Shown here piece after piece: positions 26,500 to 41,812 of a DNA stretch of 64,000 bases. The stretch is from the NCBI GenBank assembly GCA_951406725.2, contig OX597818.1:76570001-76634000 (forward strand), written 5' to 3'. Both the position numbers and the translations under genes were made by a program. The notes beneath the pieces are model-generated. The model was not told where the DNA came from and did not search any database. It saw nothing but the letters and a program-made list of their open reading frames with translations. Source of the stretch: Octopus vulgaris (taxonomy: Eukaryota). Position 1 is the first letter of the stretch; each line of letters starts with the position of its first letter.

Positions 26500-27200
26500 A
26501 TACTAATGTATCCAGTTTTGGCACAAGGCCAGTAATTTTGGGGAAGGGGAGTAGTTGATACTATTGACCCAAGTACTTCACTAGGGCTGTATCAGATCTG
26601 AAAGGATGAAAGGCAAAATTGAACTCAGCGCATAGAGTCAGGAGAAATGCAGCTAAGCTTTTTGTCCCACATGCTTAATAATTCTGCCAGCTCGCCACCT
26701 TGTAATTATTTCAAATATTGGCAAAAGGCCATCAGTTTTGAAGAGAATGAATTAGTTGATTACATTGACCCCAGTAATTTACTAGCATTTTAATATGCTG
26801 ATCCCAGTACTTGACTGGTACTTTATTCTATCAACCCAAAAAGAATGAAAGACAGAGTTGACCTCAGTGGAATTTGAATTCAGAATGTTAAGATGGACGA
26901 AATGCCACTAAGCATTTTGCCCAGCGTGCTAATGGTTCTGCCAGTTCACTGCCTTAATAATAATAATAATAATGATGACGACGACCTTTTCTACTAAAGG
27001 CACAAGTCCTGAAATTTTGGTTGGAGGGGACTGGTCAATTACATTGACCCCAGTGTTTTACTGATACTTAATTTATCGACTCCAAAAGAATGAAAGGCAA
27101 AGTTAACCTTGGTGGAATTTGAACTCGGAGCATAATGACAGATGAAATGCTGCTATGCAGTACCTGGCGTGCTAAGAATTCTGTCAGCTCACCACTTTAA
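26500..27200 (-). mobile_element. Head-to-tail stack of three SINE family A copies
   Basis: Three successive GACCC.AGT...ATGAAAG.CA.A.TT.A bodies separated by A/T-rich tails. Confidence 0.8.
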
Positions 27201-30200
27201 ATAATAATAATGATATTTTTTTTTAATGTTTTCTTCCAAGTTTTCTCTGCTGTTTTCCTGTTCCTGTCTGGATATTCTAATAATCAACTTTAATATCACA
27301 ATAAACTTGGCTACCTGTAAACAGCAGAAGTACCTCAGTGCAATAAAAGGTTGCTATATTAGCAACCAAGGCAGAATGGAAAGCCTTGATAATGAATTAG
27401 AGCATGTAAATGAGCAGATAAGTATGGAGAATGTATCTATTTTTGGGAATGAACGAATGTTAGTATATCATGAAAGCATTATTTATAGACTAGTGAGGGG
27501 GCCCAAATAGAGACGGAAAAGCATATAGGAAGTTGTGATATTCATTCATGCTTCAATGGTATGAGCCGAGTCATTCTAATTAAGAATGCAAATCAGGTCA
27601 AATTTAGATAAATAGATCTTATATATAATGAAATAGAAATGGTTATATGGCACAGGCATTTTTATGTAGGGAAGAAGTTTGGTTTGTAACCACATGGTTT
27701 TGTGTTCCATCCCACTTCTCACCACCTCAAGCAAGTGTTTTCTAATCTAACTCTGGGTTAACCAGTACTTTGTAAGCAGGAACTGTGGAAGCCCATCATG
27801 TGTGTATGTATGCAATATATATAATTTGTGTGTGTGTGTACATCTTTGTATTTGTGTCATATTTAATTACCAGTGAAGGTTTAGTTATATAACCCATAAC
27901 TTAGCAGTTCAGCAGATAAGAGACCATTAAATAAGTACCAGAATTGAAATAAATACTAGGGTCAAATTTATCAACTGAACTCTTTTAGTGTGGTGCTCCA
28001 GCATAGCTGTGGTTCAGTGACTGAAATAAATAAAAGAATATGTTGTGTGTGTCTCTTTGGCATTATTTATGTAAATTGTTTACCATTAAAATCTGACTTC
28101 TTCAAGGTTTCTTGCACTTATTGCTGTCTTTTACTTCTTTTGGGAATTCGGTCCCCTAGTTAGTGTTTATGCATGTGCCTGTGTGTATGTGAGTGTGTGC
28201 CTGCCTGCATGTATGTGTAACTTAGATGTTGTTGATCATTGGGAAGTCAAGCAATGACAACATGCCAGTGTGTGGTGTTGTATTACATTCCACAAACTGA
28301 ATGATACGATATCAGCATCATATAATTAACTTGTATATTTTGTAAACACTCACATGCTCTCTTTTCTCGTACGCTTATATGCACACTCACACGTTCACAC
28401 GCACACACTCATATGCTCACACACATGCACACACTCATATACACACATAATGTATTAGTAAACTGAATTTAAGTCCCCATTTGTAAGCCTGTGTTTTCTG
28501 GGATTATTCCTACAAGTGGTTATTTGGAATATAGCATCCTGAGTATTTATTTATGGATTTAACATGGCAAAAAATTAAGATGACTTTTATAAAAACACAC
28601 TACCAAAACATGGGTCTTTATGCATTTAAGCAAAATGGAACAGTACTGGTGTGTGTTGTTTCATTTAGCAGTCAAACTTCATTGTCTAAAAATATCCATG
28701 CTGTATTTAAAAAAGAAATAAAAATACATCAGTGTAAGATCAACGGTAATTATACCTGTAAAGAAGAGACTTAGATATCTTTGTACATTCTAGCTGTTGT
28801 TACAAACAGCCACTTCCATAGAGGCCAGACAGTGAATCAAAACCAATATCACCTGATATTAATCATAGAACACAAGTCTGCTGCAAATTTCAAAAATTCC
28901 TTAGAATGATTCACGTCACCTGATGATGGCTTTTGCAAGAAATTTGGAATAATGACACTGTAGCTGTTTTAATTTTAAATATCATTAGCATCATCATTAT
29001 ATTCATTAAGCTTACATTTTTTGTTCCATTTTGGCATGTGTTGGAAAGATTTACAAAACAGAAACCTTCCTCCACTTGTTAATTCCAAATGCCTAATTGT
29101 GCCAGCATGTGTTTGCATGTGCATGCTTGCATGTGTGTCTGTGTGTGTGTGTGTGTGTGGCTATGTAATTTGAAGATGCATTCTGCCTGTTGTTGTTGTT
29201 TAGGTAAAAATTAATTCTGATCTGACAGACCTATGATTGAAGAAATTCCTCGTCACCCATGTATAGTGTATCTAGGACTGCATTATCCGATGTGTCCATA
29301 GTTTTTGTAACACAATAAGGTAGATTTTTGAGGGAGTCCTGATTGATATTTCTAGCAGCTTGAATGACCATGTAAAAGTTTTGTCATCACCTTGTGTTGT
29401 GATGATAGAATGATTTCATGTGTTATTAGCTTATGAAAGAAAGAATCAGTTTCAGAAAATGTCTATGTAAGAGTAAACATATAAATGTAATTGTTACATC
29501 ATCATCAACATCATTTTAATGTCCATTGTCCCATGCTTGTGTCAGTAAGGCAGATTTTCTGTGGCTAGATGCCTTTCTGGTTGCCAACCCTCACTCATTT
29601 CTAAACTAAGTAATATTTCCCTCATAACCAGGCATTTTTTTTTTTCTGCAGAGTATTTGAAATGAATGATGCTGCTTGTATGACAGTAACATTCACATGA
29701 TGCTGAGGCAAGGAGAATCAAACATGCACTCAGTCACACTCACATTTACATACATGTATTTACGCATATATGATGGGATTCTTTCAGTTTCTATCAAATC
29801 CACCTACAAGGCTAGAGGCTATTGTAGAAGACACTTGGCCAAGGTACCACTCAGTGGAATTGAACTGGAAACCATGTGGTCGAAAAGCAAACTTCTTAAC
29901 CACACTGCTACTCTTGTGCTGTTACATTGTAAAGTATTGAAAAAATAATTTACAATGCGATAAACAAAAAGTTCAGACAGAAGAAACTGGTCAAAAACTG
30001 GTCAAGTTTGTTTTCTATAACATGTACAAGTATGTAGTTAATGTAAGGAAAACGAGAAAAAAATGTATTGTAGCTTTGGGTAAAGCTATTTCTAAACAAT
30101 AATGGGTTGGCATTTGGTCAAGGTTCTAATGTTAAACATTATTTTTTTTTTTTAATATTTTTCTCTTTATCTCCTCTTCGTCCCACACTCTCCTTCACTT

Positions 30201-30967
30201 ATGTATGCAACAATTTATTGGCCTAAAGGTCTTCCATACATGAGGGAAGGTTCTAACTTTCAAAAGAAGAAGGTTCTTTGAAGTCACTGTGAAGAAATTG
30301 AGGAGGTATCACATGTTTATGGCTTACAAACAATTCTGTTGTTTCCTTTTCTTGTTTTTCACTTTTTTTTGTGTGTACATGTATGCATGTGTTTGTGTGT
30401 ATTTGTATGTGTGCACATTAATGTTTTTGTGTATGTGTGTTTGTATTGGTATTTCTAAATGCATGCGTGTATATGTGTATGCATGCATGTGTGTGTATGT
30501 TTTAGTATCTGTGTTTATATTTGCATATATATTTGTGTGTATAATTGTGTACCCGCATGTGTATTTGTGTTCCACTAACCTCAAATACTTACTTGTTGAT
30601 AAAAATCTTGGAGAGAATATTTACAATTAAAAACCATTGGCTCAATGAGAGAGAGAAGGTGGAGAGAGCCATATGCAGTCATTTAACCTGCTAGAAATAG
30701 TAACCAAATTTCCTTCAAATTTCACTCTGCTCTCTTAAAAAGAAAGGATACGTCTGATAATGCAGTTGTAAATATACTAAGTTTGAAAAAAAGACAGCAT
30801 AAGTACTGGTTGAAAAGTATAAATGAGAAGATGGATCCCTGTAGTACTCCATTCTGGAAATACAGGTTCTTGAAATGTTGTTCTTGTACACTTAATGTAG
30901 GTTTGGCAGTTTAACAGATGCTTTGCTAAGCTATGTTTTATTTGGTGCTAAGTTAATTTGTATGTGT

Positions 30968-31362
30968 GGTGCAGGTGTGGCTTTGTGGTAAGAAGCTTGC
31001 TTTCCAACCACATGGTTCTGGGTTCAGTTCCACTGCATGCTACCTTGGACAAGTGTCTTTTGCCATAGCCTGTGGCTGATGAAAGCCTTGTGAGCGGTTA
31101 GACGGAAAATTAAAGAAACCCATCCAGTGTGTGTGTCTTTGTGTCTTTGTTTGTCCCTCACTACTGCTTTATAACCAATATTTGTTTATGTCTGTAACTT
31201 AGCAGTTCAGCAAAAAGTGACTGATAGAATAAGTACCAAGTTGAAAAGAAAAGATGAGTACTGGGGGTCAATTTATTTGACTGAAAGTTCTTCAAGGCAG
31301 TGCCCCAGCATGGCTGCAGTCTAATGACTGAAACAGATAAAAGATAGCAAAAAAGATAAAAA
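30968..31362 (+). mobile_element. SINE family B, near full length
   Basis: A-box-like TGGCTTTGTGGT, B-box-like GGGTTCAGTTCC, 3' CAGCATGGCTGCAGTCTAATGACTGAAAC, A-rich tail. Confidence 0.85.
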
Positions 31363-31369
31363 GTATTTT

Positions 31370-33000
31370 TGTATGTGTGGGCAGCAGGGAATGGAGTCAA
31401 AAGCTTTTTTGATGTTGATAGTTTTTAAAATGGTGTGTATGTGAGAGGTTTTGGTTGTTGTTGAAGCCATCGGGTACTTTGTTAGGTTTGTGGGTTGCGT
31501 GATTGATTGTGGGTTATAGTGGTCTGAATCCATGTTGTGATTCTAAGAAAGATATGTGTGAATTAGTAATGTTAACCTTTTCATTGCTATATTCTTAACC
31601 AAAATACATCTCTTATGTGTTTCAATTAAATTCTACTGGTTTTATAAAACAATTCTTTATTATTTATCAACATATTAATGATTTTTAGAACACAATTTAA
31701 CAAGAGGTTCTTAAACAAATCTATTGCATTCATTTTTGTCTCAAAGTGACTCTAATTACAGGTAAATACAACTAAATATTAAATGCTTCAGTTAAATTCT
31801 AATATAATCATGAATTTAGACTAGTTTCATAAAACTTTTTTATTTATCAACATGTTAATGTGATTCTTAGAACACAATTTAACAAGAGGTTCTTAAACTG
31901 ATCAACTGCATAATTTTTTTCACAAAGCAACTCTAATTATAGGTAAAAACAGGTAAATTCAACTAAATATTAAATTATTTCAATTTTATTTAAACATCAT
32001 CATAGGAAACAAAGATTTTCGAGGATTTTTGTGGGTGTGCTCCTGGTCTACTAGGCACATTGCATCCTAGAACAAGACACTTTATTTCTTGTTGCTCCAG
32101 TCTACTCAGCTGAAACAAGTACCAGCTGACTGCTAGTGTAACCCTCTCTCCCTCCAACTGTCTCATGTTTTATGTTCTGCTAGTCAAAGAGTAGGTTCAC
32201 CAAGAGAGTACCTATATCTGCTCACAACTTCATAGGCATTACTTACAACAATTAGTAAAAGGATGGGCTATGTTGCCAAGTCATTTGGTAATGGTAGCTA
32301 TTCTGTTTCGCTCTCTCTCTCTCCTTTTGCATAGGAGGGCTATGGGTTTGGATCTGTACAGTCTTACTGCACCAGTGTTTTTATTCAGTATTAGAATTGT
32401 TATGATTTTTTCCCCTGCTTCTAGATTCTGGGAATATGATAGTTCTTGTACCGGTAGTTGTAAATGTTGGTGAGTGCAAGGGTTCCTTTTGGCCCAAGAT
32501 ATTTTGGAGATATTTTTGCGGATTTCCTCTACCCTAATACTTTTGAAATTTCTTTTTGGAAAGAACTTAAAATGATAGTCCAGGTGGAAAGTGTACATTT
32601 TTTTGTGTTCCTATATAGCTTACAGTCACAGATTTTCAATAAGGACTTTTGTTTGATATTACATTACTTGAGGTTCTCATGACATGGGATGTTGCAAGAC
32701 TGATATTGCTGTTAATTAATCTATATAGTGTTGCCATGTTTGTTTTGTGGTTTTTGTTGGATACAAATGTTTGCCAGATTTCTTGAGTTTTTTTTATAGT
32801 ATATATTTATTTCTTGTGGAGTTATTTATTTATTTGAAAGAGTTTTATATCAGTTGTGTGTGAGTTTTATTTATTTATTTAATTTTTTTTTTTGGTGTAT
32901 TATTGTGTTTGAGGTTGTGTCTAATTCTTATGAAGTTGGCTATTTCTTGGGTATGATTTTTTTAATGCTATATTTCTTAATATATTTCCTTGTTGTATAA
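31370..33000 (-). mobile_element. Highly degraded, interrupted LINE reverse transcriptase fragments
   Basis: Minus-strand peptides INIKKAFDSIP (~31390-31420) and SKPIALL (~32330-32350) resemble RT motifs DxxKAFD and YRPIALL. Confidence 0.45.
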
Positions 33001-33838
33001 TATCGTTAGATGTGTTTATAGTTAATTTATTGAATATATGTACTGCAGTGTGTGGAAGGTGTGTGGCCAAATGGTTTGGGTGTTGCACTAGCAATCATAT
33101 GACCATGGTTTTGATTCTCAGACTGAGCATTCTGTTCTTGAACAAAACACTTCATTTCACATTGCTCCTGTCCACTCAGCTTTAAATGAGTTCTAGGAAA
33201 AGCTGAGAAGTTAGCCCTGTGATGGAGCGACATCCTCTTCTAAGGGAAATGTTGTAATCTCAGATACGTACATCATGGAAACTGGATTAAGCTTCGGCCT
33301 TACGAGTGATGTTGGTAAGGGTAGATGAGGGTGGTGGTGTGGTGGATGAGGGTAATGGTGGCAGAGTTGGATAATGGTGATGTAGATGAGGGTGATGTTG
33401 GCAGGGATGAATGATGGTGATAGTGGGAGGAGGTGGATGATGGTTGGAGTGGATGACAGTGATGTTGGTGGGGAGTGGATGATGGTGTTGTTGTTGATGG
33501 TGGATGACAGTGATGTTGGTGGGGTTGATATTATTAAAGTCAGTAGGGTAGATATTAATAATGTCTTAGGGTTTGTGCATAACACTTCGGTATAAATCAT
33601 TGTTGTAACCTGCACTTTTTCATGCTAGCATGGGTCAGACAAAATTGACTGAGGCAGATTTTACTATGGTCAAATGCTTTTCTTGCTGCCAACTCTCACC
33701 TGTCTACTAGTTGAGTAATATTCCTCTAGTCCTTCAAATTCAAACAGCACTATAACTGGACAGGTTTTGACAGATTGCGAAAGAATGACATTGTTTGAAT
33801 TTGCAATGTCACAACAAAGAAATGCAAATGTATATGTA

Positions 33839-35044
33839 CACAGACATGACAGAAGTAAATAATCAGAAGTTATTATCGTTAAAATTTATTTAAATCTGAA
33901 ATCATACATTTAAATTATTTATTATTATAATGTGAATATCTAATATTTAGTAGACATGCCCTTTGCATTTTTCAATGTGAGAATCCTTTAAGGCATGCTG
34001 CTGATCAGATGATGAATATTCCCTTGGGGAATTTCTTGCCAAGTTTCATGCAGTAATCTCAAAAGATCTGGCTTGTTCTTTTTATGAAGTGTCCTGTCCA
34101 TTATGCCCTAGAGGTGTTTAATAGGGTTCATATCTGGTGATTGGCTTGGCCATGGAATCTTTTTAATGCCATTTTTTTTTCCAACCAATCTTGAGTCTTA
34201 TTAACCATGTGACAGTATATCCCCATCTTCCATAAATAAAGAGTCTTTTCCAATTATTTCACCACTGGAGAAGATTGGAAGGAGTCCTTTCTGCAATATG
34301 GGCACATATTTATCTGAGTTTATGTTTCCTTCACACTCCACCAGCTCTGATTGATCATTGCTCCAAATTGCTCCCCAGACCATTACATCAATCTTTTCAT
34401 GTCAAATGTTTGATCACAGAGTCTCCAGACCCGCACTTGACCACTGTCAGAAAATACAGTAAACCTAGATTCATCAGAGAATATTATAGTGTCCCAAAAT
34501 TCTAGCGGCCACTCCATCATCGCACTGGTCCAATCTTTTCTCTGCTTGATATTAGCTAGTTGAAGGAGGGGCTTCCTTCCTGTTGCTCTGTCATAGTAAC
34601 CATGTTTGCGGAGATACCTGACAGCTGTTCTGAGACTGACATCAACTTTTCCTGCTATGTCAGAGGCCTTGCAATGAGGATTACCCTCCACACTTCACTT
34701 AACAAAGAGAGGGGTCTTGTCAGAGGGCCCTGGTCTACATGGACAAGGTGATGTGTACTCCTCCTCTCTGGTGGATTGCACAATCACCCTATTAACTGTA
34801 GAAAGTGGGATCCCCAGTTTTTTTGCGATTTTACCTTAAGTCTACCTTCAGATTGATCCACAATATGGCCTCTTTGAAATTTGGACAGTTCCAAGGCTTC
34901 TTTTGTATGTGGCATGATTAAACAGCCACATATAGAACCTGAAACTTTAAAATGTCTGTTAATAAAAAATATAAACTTTTTCAAGTTAAAATGAACATAA
35001 AACAATGTTTGATGGGGTGTCTATTTAACTCTGTCATGTTTGTG
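33839..35044 (-). mobile_element. Full-length decayed Tc1-like DNA transposon (~1.2 kb)
   Basis: TIRs CACAGACATGACAG..TAAATA / TATTTAACTCTGTCATGTTTGTG, TA on both sides; transposase remnant inside. Confidence 0.9.
33940..34915 (-). pseudogene. Tc1-family DDE transposase pseudogene (frameshifts, stops)
   Basis: MPHTKEALELSKFQRGHIV...RKPLL...WDTIIFSDESRF...MVWGAI...FMEDG...SPDMNPIKHL...KGMSTKY*; the catalytic E position reads K. Confidence 0.88.
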
Positions 35045-37777
35045 TATATGTATACATACATAAATACACACACACACGCTCAAAAATTTCTTTCAGTTTC
35101 TGCTGACATAATCCACTTACAAAGCTTTGCCCAAGGTGCCCCACAATGAAACTGACCCCAAAACCATGTAATTGCAAAGAAAACTTGATAAGCTCTTAAT
35201 TGCCAATCTTCTATCTTCAGTAATTTCTCACGTTCAGTTGAAAGCAATCCTATTTTCAGGTTTTTTGTAGTTACTTAACTTTGCCTATACTTGCTTAACT
35301 TTGTTTATAGTTTCTGAAACTTGCTGTTCAAAGTGATTGGGAATATTATGAATTTTTTTTACTTTCTTTCAACATTTCTGAAGAAGATATAAATTTTCCT
35401 TTGAGAAGCAGCCATCTGCAACTGGCAGCCACAATGAAAGTAGGCCAGTTCTCACTAACTTACTTGCCCTGCCAACTTCATACACTCTTCTGAAAAGTAA
35501 AACTTGCTACATAATTACAGCAGTGAACTATTCAGTCATGTTCACATAAGAAAAAGAAAATAGTGCTCCAGCTGGGTCATGACACAAGCAAAGTCGTACA
35601 CACGTATGTCATCATCATCACCATTACTGTGTTAACATCTTCTTTTCCATGTTTGCATGGGTCAGACAAGAGTAGGTACGAGCAGAGTCCTTTTTGGTCA
35701 GATGTCCTTCCTGTTGCCAACATCTATTTATTTCCAGATGAGATAATAATATCCTAGTCTGTGAGACAACTAACAACCCAGACATGTTTTTTATGTGTGA
35801 AATTGGACACAAACAGCACTGTTTAAGGCACCATCTGTTTAATGAGATTATGTAATCTGTCAGGACATGTCGAGAAGCTTGGATATTCTTTCAATGTAGA
35901 CTGCAAGTCAGTGACACTGAGAGGAAAACCATTGTTTATAACCAGCAAACACAAGGGAAACACAAAAACACTATAGCACACAGGCACCCATGCGCGCGCA
36001 CACACACACACACACTTCAGTTTTCATCACCCAAATACATTTGCAATGCTTTGGTTGGTCCAGGGTTGTACTAGAAGACACTTGCTCAAGGTGCCATGCA
36101 GTGGGACCAAACGAAAGACCATGTGGTTGAGAAGTGAACTTCTTAACCACACAACCATGTGCCTGTCACTTAATGGAATTCTCATTCCACTTCACCTCTT
36201 GCTAAAACATTCATGCATAGCTTTTCCCAATGGGGTAGAAAAATATTGATTGTTTTTAATTGATAAAGGATTGGTGCATGTCACCTTCACAGGTGCCACT
36301 CTCTTGACTAATCCCACTGACAGCTAGAAACCTCCTCTAATATGTTGCAGTCTAGTAATAAACCATTTTTGATACTGACCATCTAAAATCAACCCTAGAC
36401 CTATGATACAGATTCACCATTTTAAAGTGATCTAAATTAAAACCTAATCAAAATTTCACCATTAGCATATTCCAAGCACTAGCTAAATAACAACAAAGTT
36501 ATTCTACTAAATTCTTCATTATTTTCTAGCTTAATCAAAACAGAAGCAGTATATTTCAACAGAAACATGGTTACAAAAGGCAGTCATTTTCTGTTCACTG
36601 TCTGGTGTTTTTTTTTTTTTGTTCCTCCCACACTCTTCTTACCTCCTAATTCTTTTGCTTTACTCTACATGGCACTCATTGTATTTTACAGTTAGGATAA
36701 CTGGAACAACCATACCTTAGCTAAGGGCTCCTGGCTAGTCATGGATGGCAAGGATGACCTGTTTTTAAAGGTCATTGTTCATTTGTTCATTTTACATTTG
36801 TTTTTTTTTATACCAGTATGGGTTAAATGACTGGATTACTGAACCATTGTTTCCACAGTCAGATACCTTTCCTGTTGCTAACCCTTATTTGATTTTCAAT
36901 TTTTTTGTTTTTCGTATTACAAATATCTTCAAAGGCATGGAGCAAACAGGCAATTTGTTGACAAGAAAAGTGACACACCCACTTGTAGCAACTTCCATAC
37001 AAACATGCAAATTTTCAAATATATACTCACACACAGTAGGCTTCTTTCAGTTTCTACAAACCAAATTCTCACAAGAATTTTGAGTCACTCTGAGGTTATA
37101 GCATATAACACTTGCCTAGTGTATGTGTGTATTTGTTTAATGCATATATATCTATTGAACCTGTGTATTTGTTCAGCATGTGGATTTATGTATACATCTG
37201 TTCAAGATAAGTACATGTACGCGCACACACATAGGCATCTATGTCTGTTCAACACGTGTGTGTATATACATGCGTGCACACACATATGCACTCATGTGTC
37301 CCTGGATATAACATTAAACTTCATCCAGTAGTAAGGCTCCAGTTTGGGAGAATTGAAATTGTGGGGAGCATAGAGCCACTCCTTAATCACCATTAGTCTT
37401 AAGTTTATTCTAACCTAGACTGGTAGGATCTGTCAGAGTCCCATCTCTGGGTTAGATGTTTCAGGGGTCAAGGAGACTCTCGTTATTTTTGACAAAGCTC
37501 ATGGGGACAGTAGATCTTCAAGAAGAAAAATACTGACAAAACTTGCGGTCAAAATAGTACCAGTTGTCTTGATCTGCTTTTCACTAGAACCTTCTATAAT
37601 GACCGAGAGAGTGGCAAAAATATTGTACATGCTTTTGTCATTTAAATCCAATGATATACAGATGTCTCGCTGTCAGTCATTGTGCGACAGCTACCATCTC
37701 ACAGATGAGGTAATCATCATCAACTTATATATATATATCTGTCGATGTGTGTATAATAAGAATAATGAAATTATTGT

Positions 37778-38046
37778 ATACAGTGCTCAGGTGCACCACA
37801 ACTTGTGAAAAGTGCGTATAAAGCATGTGCCTTAATGTACAAATGTCTGGGAAGTGAACAGTGTATGAGTCAGATACATGTTTGCGTGTGTATGGAGGGG
37901 AGAAAATCAGGTGTAGTGTTGGCGAATGTCAGGAAGCATGGACGTTTTGAAGGATGCAATGCTCCCGACAACTAACAACTGATGCCGGCAGTTTGTTCCA
38001 TGCTTCAGCAACTCTTAGCGTGAAAAAATGTTTCCGAAAGTCATGG
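37778..38046 (-). mobile_element. CR1-like LINE 3' fragment
   Basis: HDFRKHFFTLRVAEAWNKLPASVV matches the FFxxRVxxxWNxLP C-terminal motif; related copy at 54328-54655. Confidence 0.75.
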
Positions 38047-38108
38047 TATATATTTATATATATAAAGTATATATTTATTTTGACATGTGTGTATATATCT
38101 GTTAACGC

Positions 38109-38160
<52 letters not shown>

Positions 38161-40199
38161 GTTAACGTGTGTATATATATCTGTTGACATGCATGTGTAT
38201 ATTTATCTATTGAGACACGTATATTTATCTGTTAACACATGTGTGTATATATCTTATGACATGCATGTGTATATATCTGTTGACACATGTATGTTTGTGC
38301 ATATATATATATATATATATATCTTTTGACATGTGCGTGTGTATATATTCTTTCAATGCATGTAAAATCAAAACAAAAGAAAGAGATACCTTTCTGTGGT
38401 CAATTGATCTGCAATAAAGAGCAGCTAAATTTCCCTCAACTCACACTCTACCATGTGAATAAAGAAAAGAGACATTGAATAATGTAGTCCAAGGGGTAGC
38501 TATGCTATGTCTGGATAATCATTGTCAGAAAATCTATTATCATTAGTCTGCTGGATCAGAGCTAACCTAAGATTCAACAATAACAGTTCATAGAAGATGA
38601 AACATTAAACTAGAATGATTAGATTTATATGCTGTTGTTGTTTAGCCTCAGAATAGCCCTGACCAGGCAGACTGTGATCAAATCTTTTCCAGCCATGACA
38701 TGTTGTCATTTAGCTATAGCACATCAAGAACCATATTTTCCAATTCTCCAATGATTAGAGGGAGATTTGGTTTGCTATTTCGAGCACATGCAAGCAACCA
38801 TCATGGCTCCCCCATTGGTTTCTCTGTTTTTTTTTTAAAAATATATTTCTTATTATAGTGAGATATATATTAATCCTATGTTTAGTTCTTAAATCAGCGA
38901 TGTGGTGAAATGACACACAAGCTTTGACCATGCTATCTTTGTAGGGGCATCAGGGACTATATAATGCTTCTTTCTTTTTCTTAATCAGTACTTGGGGAAT
39001 TTGAGGAAATTGGATAGTTATTTCCAGCAACTTAAGACACCACATTGAGGCTATCATTAATATCATGAATTTAAAAAAAACAAATCTATTTGTTTCTTGT
39101 ATTTTTTTTCTCCTTTATAATAGTCTATTTCTCCCAAATTTCCCAAGGTAGTTGTATACAGTCTCAAATGTTCAAATAATAAGGCTGTCAATGACATTAA
39201 TTAATAAACACTAGGATGATTTTACATTTAACAAATCTACCTCACTAATTACTTAATAAAGAGACATTCCTACTATTAATTAGAAGTAAACCAGTTTGTA
39301 TTGCATAATTAACCAGAGTTTATTTCATGCATAGCTAGGATTTTTTCATGTGACTGTTAGAAACCTATGTGCGCTCATATGTGACTTTATTTACATTATA
39401 TAAGTGTGTGTGTGTTATAGGTATGGCTATATAGTTAAGTAGTTTGTTTGCCAACTATGTAGTTTTGGGCTCAGTCCCACTAAGTAGCACATTGTGTAAT
39501 TGTTTTCTACTATAGCCCCAGGTTAGCCAAAGCTTTGCGGGTGCATTTATTAGATGGAAACTGAAAGAAGCTTGTATTATATAGATTTGTGTGTGTGAGT
39601 GTCACTGTAATAAAAGTAATGTTATTCATTTCCAGTTTTCTGTGAAACCATGTCCTGCCAGGGGTAAATTTTACCCTACTTGGAAACAGGCAGGGTACTT
39701 GGAAACAGGAAAAGAATCTAGCAATAGAAAGTGTGTCTCAATAAATTTTGTCCAGCCTATGCAAGCTTGGAAAAGTGGATGTTAAAATAGTGATGATATC
39801 CATGTGTGTGTGTGTGTGTGTGTTTATGTACATGTATATATATATATATATATGTATATTGATGTGTGTGTGTGTATATATATAATGTGTGCATATGTAT
39901 ATGAATATATGTTCTTTTATTCTTTTACTTGTTTCAGTCATTTGACTGCAGCACTTAAAGGGTTTTAGTCGAACAAATTGACCCCAGGACTTATTTTTTT
40001 TTAGACCTAATACTTATTCTATTGGTCTCTTTTGCCAAACCGCTAAGTCATGGAGACACAACACATCAACACCATTTGTCAAGCAGTGATGAGGGCTCAA
40101 ACACAGCAACGAAGACACACACACACACACACACACATATATATGTTATTGATGAACTTCTTTAATCTACCAAATCCACTCACAAGGCTTTGATCAGAA

Positions 40200-40573
40200 C
40201 TGTTCTCTTCCTCTCTCTCTCATTCTTCACTCTCTCTCTCCCCCTCACCATTCTTCAGGGTCTCCTCGCAGCCATCCCCCTCACCATTCTTCAGGGTCTC
40301 CTCGCAGCCATCCCCCTTCTTCTCTCCCTTCCTCTTGCTCCTCCTCCCCCCTTCCCGTCGTCCACCCGCGACGATACGTCCGCCCTGACTGTCTTTTTGG
40401 CCTGGCCTTCAAGGTAACTGGATGACATTCTTCCTGCTCTCCTGTCGTTCACAAAAAATTCTGTGTTTGCAATACTTTTTTCGTTCGGCGTCAACAGCCC
40501 TTCTTATCTTGTTTTTCCCTGTCCTGTCTTTTACTGTTATGTCTTTTTACTGTTTATATTTTTTTTACTGTTT
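40200..40573 (+). mobile_element. Unclassified CpG-retaining repeat 3' end with 36-bp tandem duplication
   Basis: Truncates a SINE; CCCCTCACCATTCTTCAGGGTCTCCTCGCAGCCATC x2 (40241-40312); T-rich tail runs into the microsatellite. Confidence 0.45.

Positions 40574-41812
<1,239 letters not shown>

Noticed and set aside
33211-33615. 134-aa Thr/Pro/His-rich ORF
   Set aside because: Arises from GGT/GAT low-complexity sequence adjoining SINE fragments.
37520-37720. Possible Penelope GIY-YIG C-terminal remnant (LEPSI..RESGK)
   Set aside because: Too short and frameshifted, with no complete ribozyme core.
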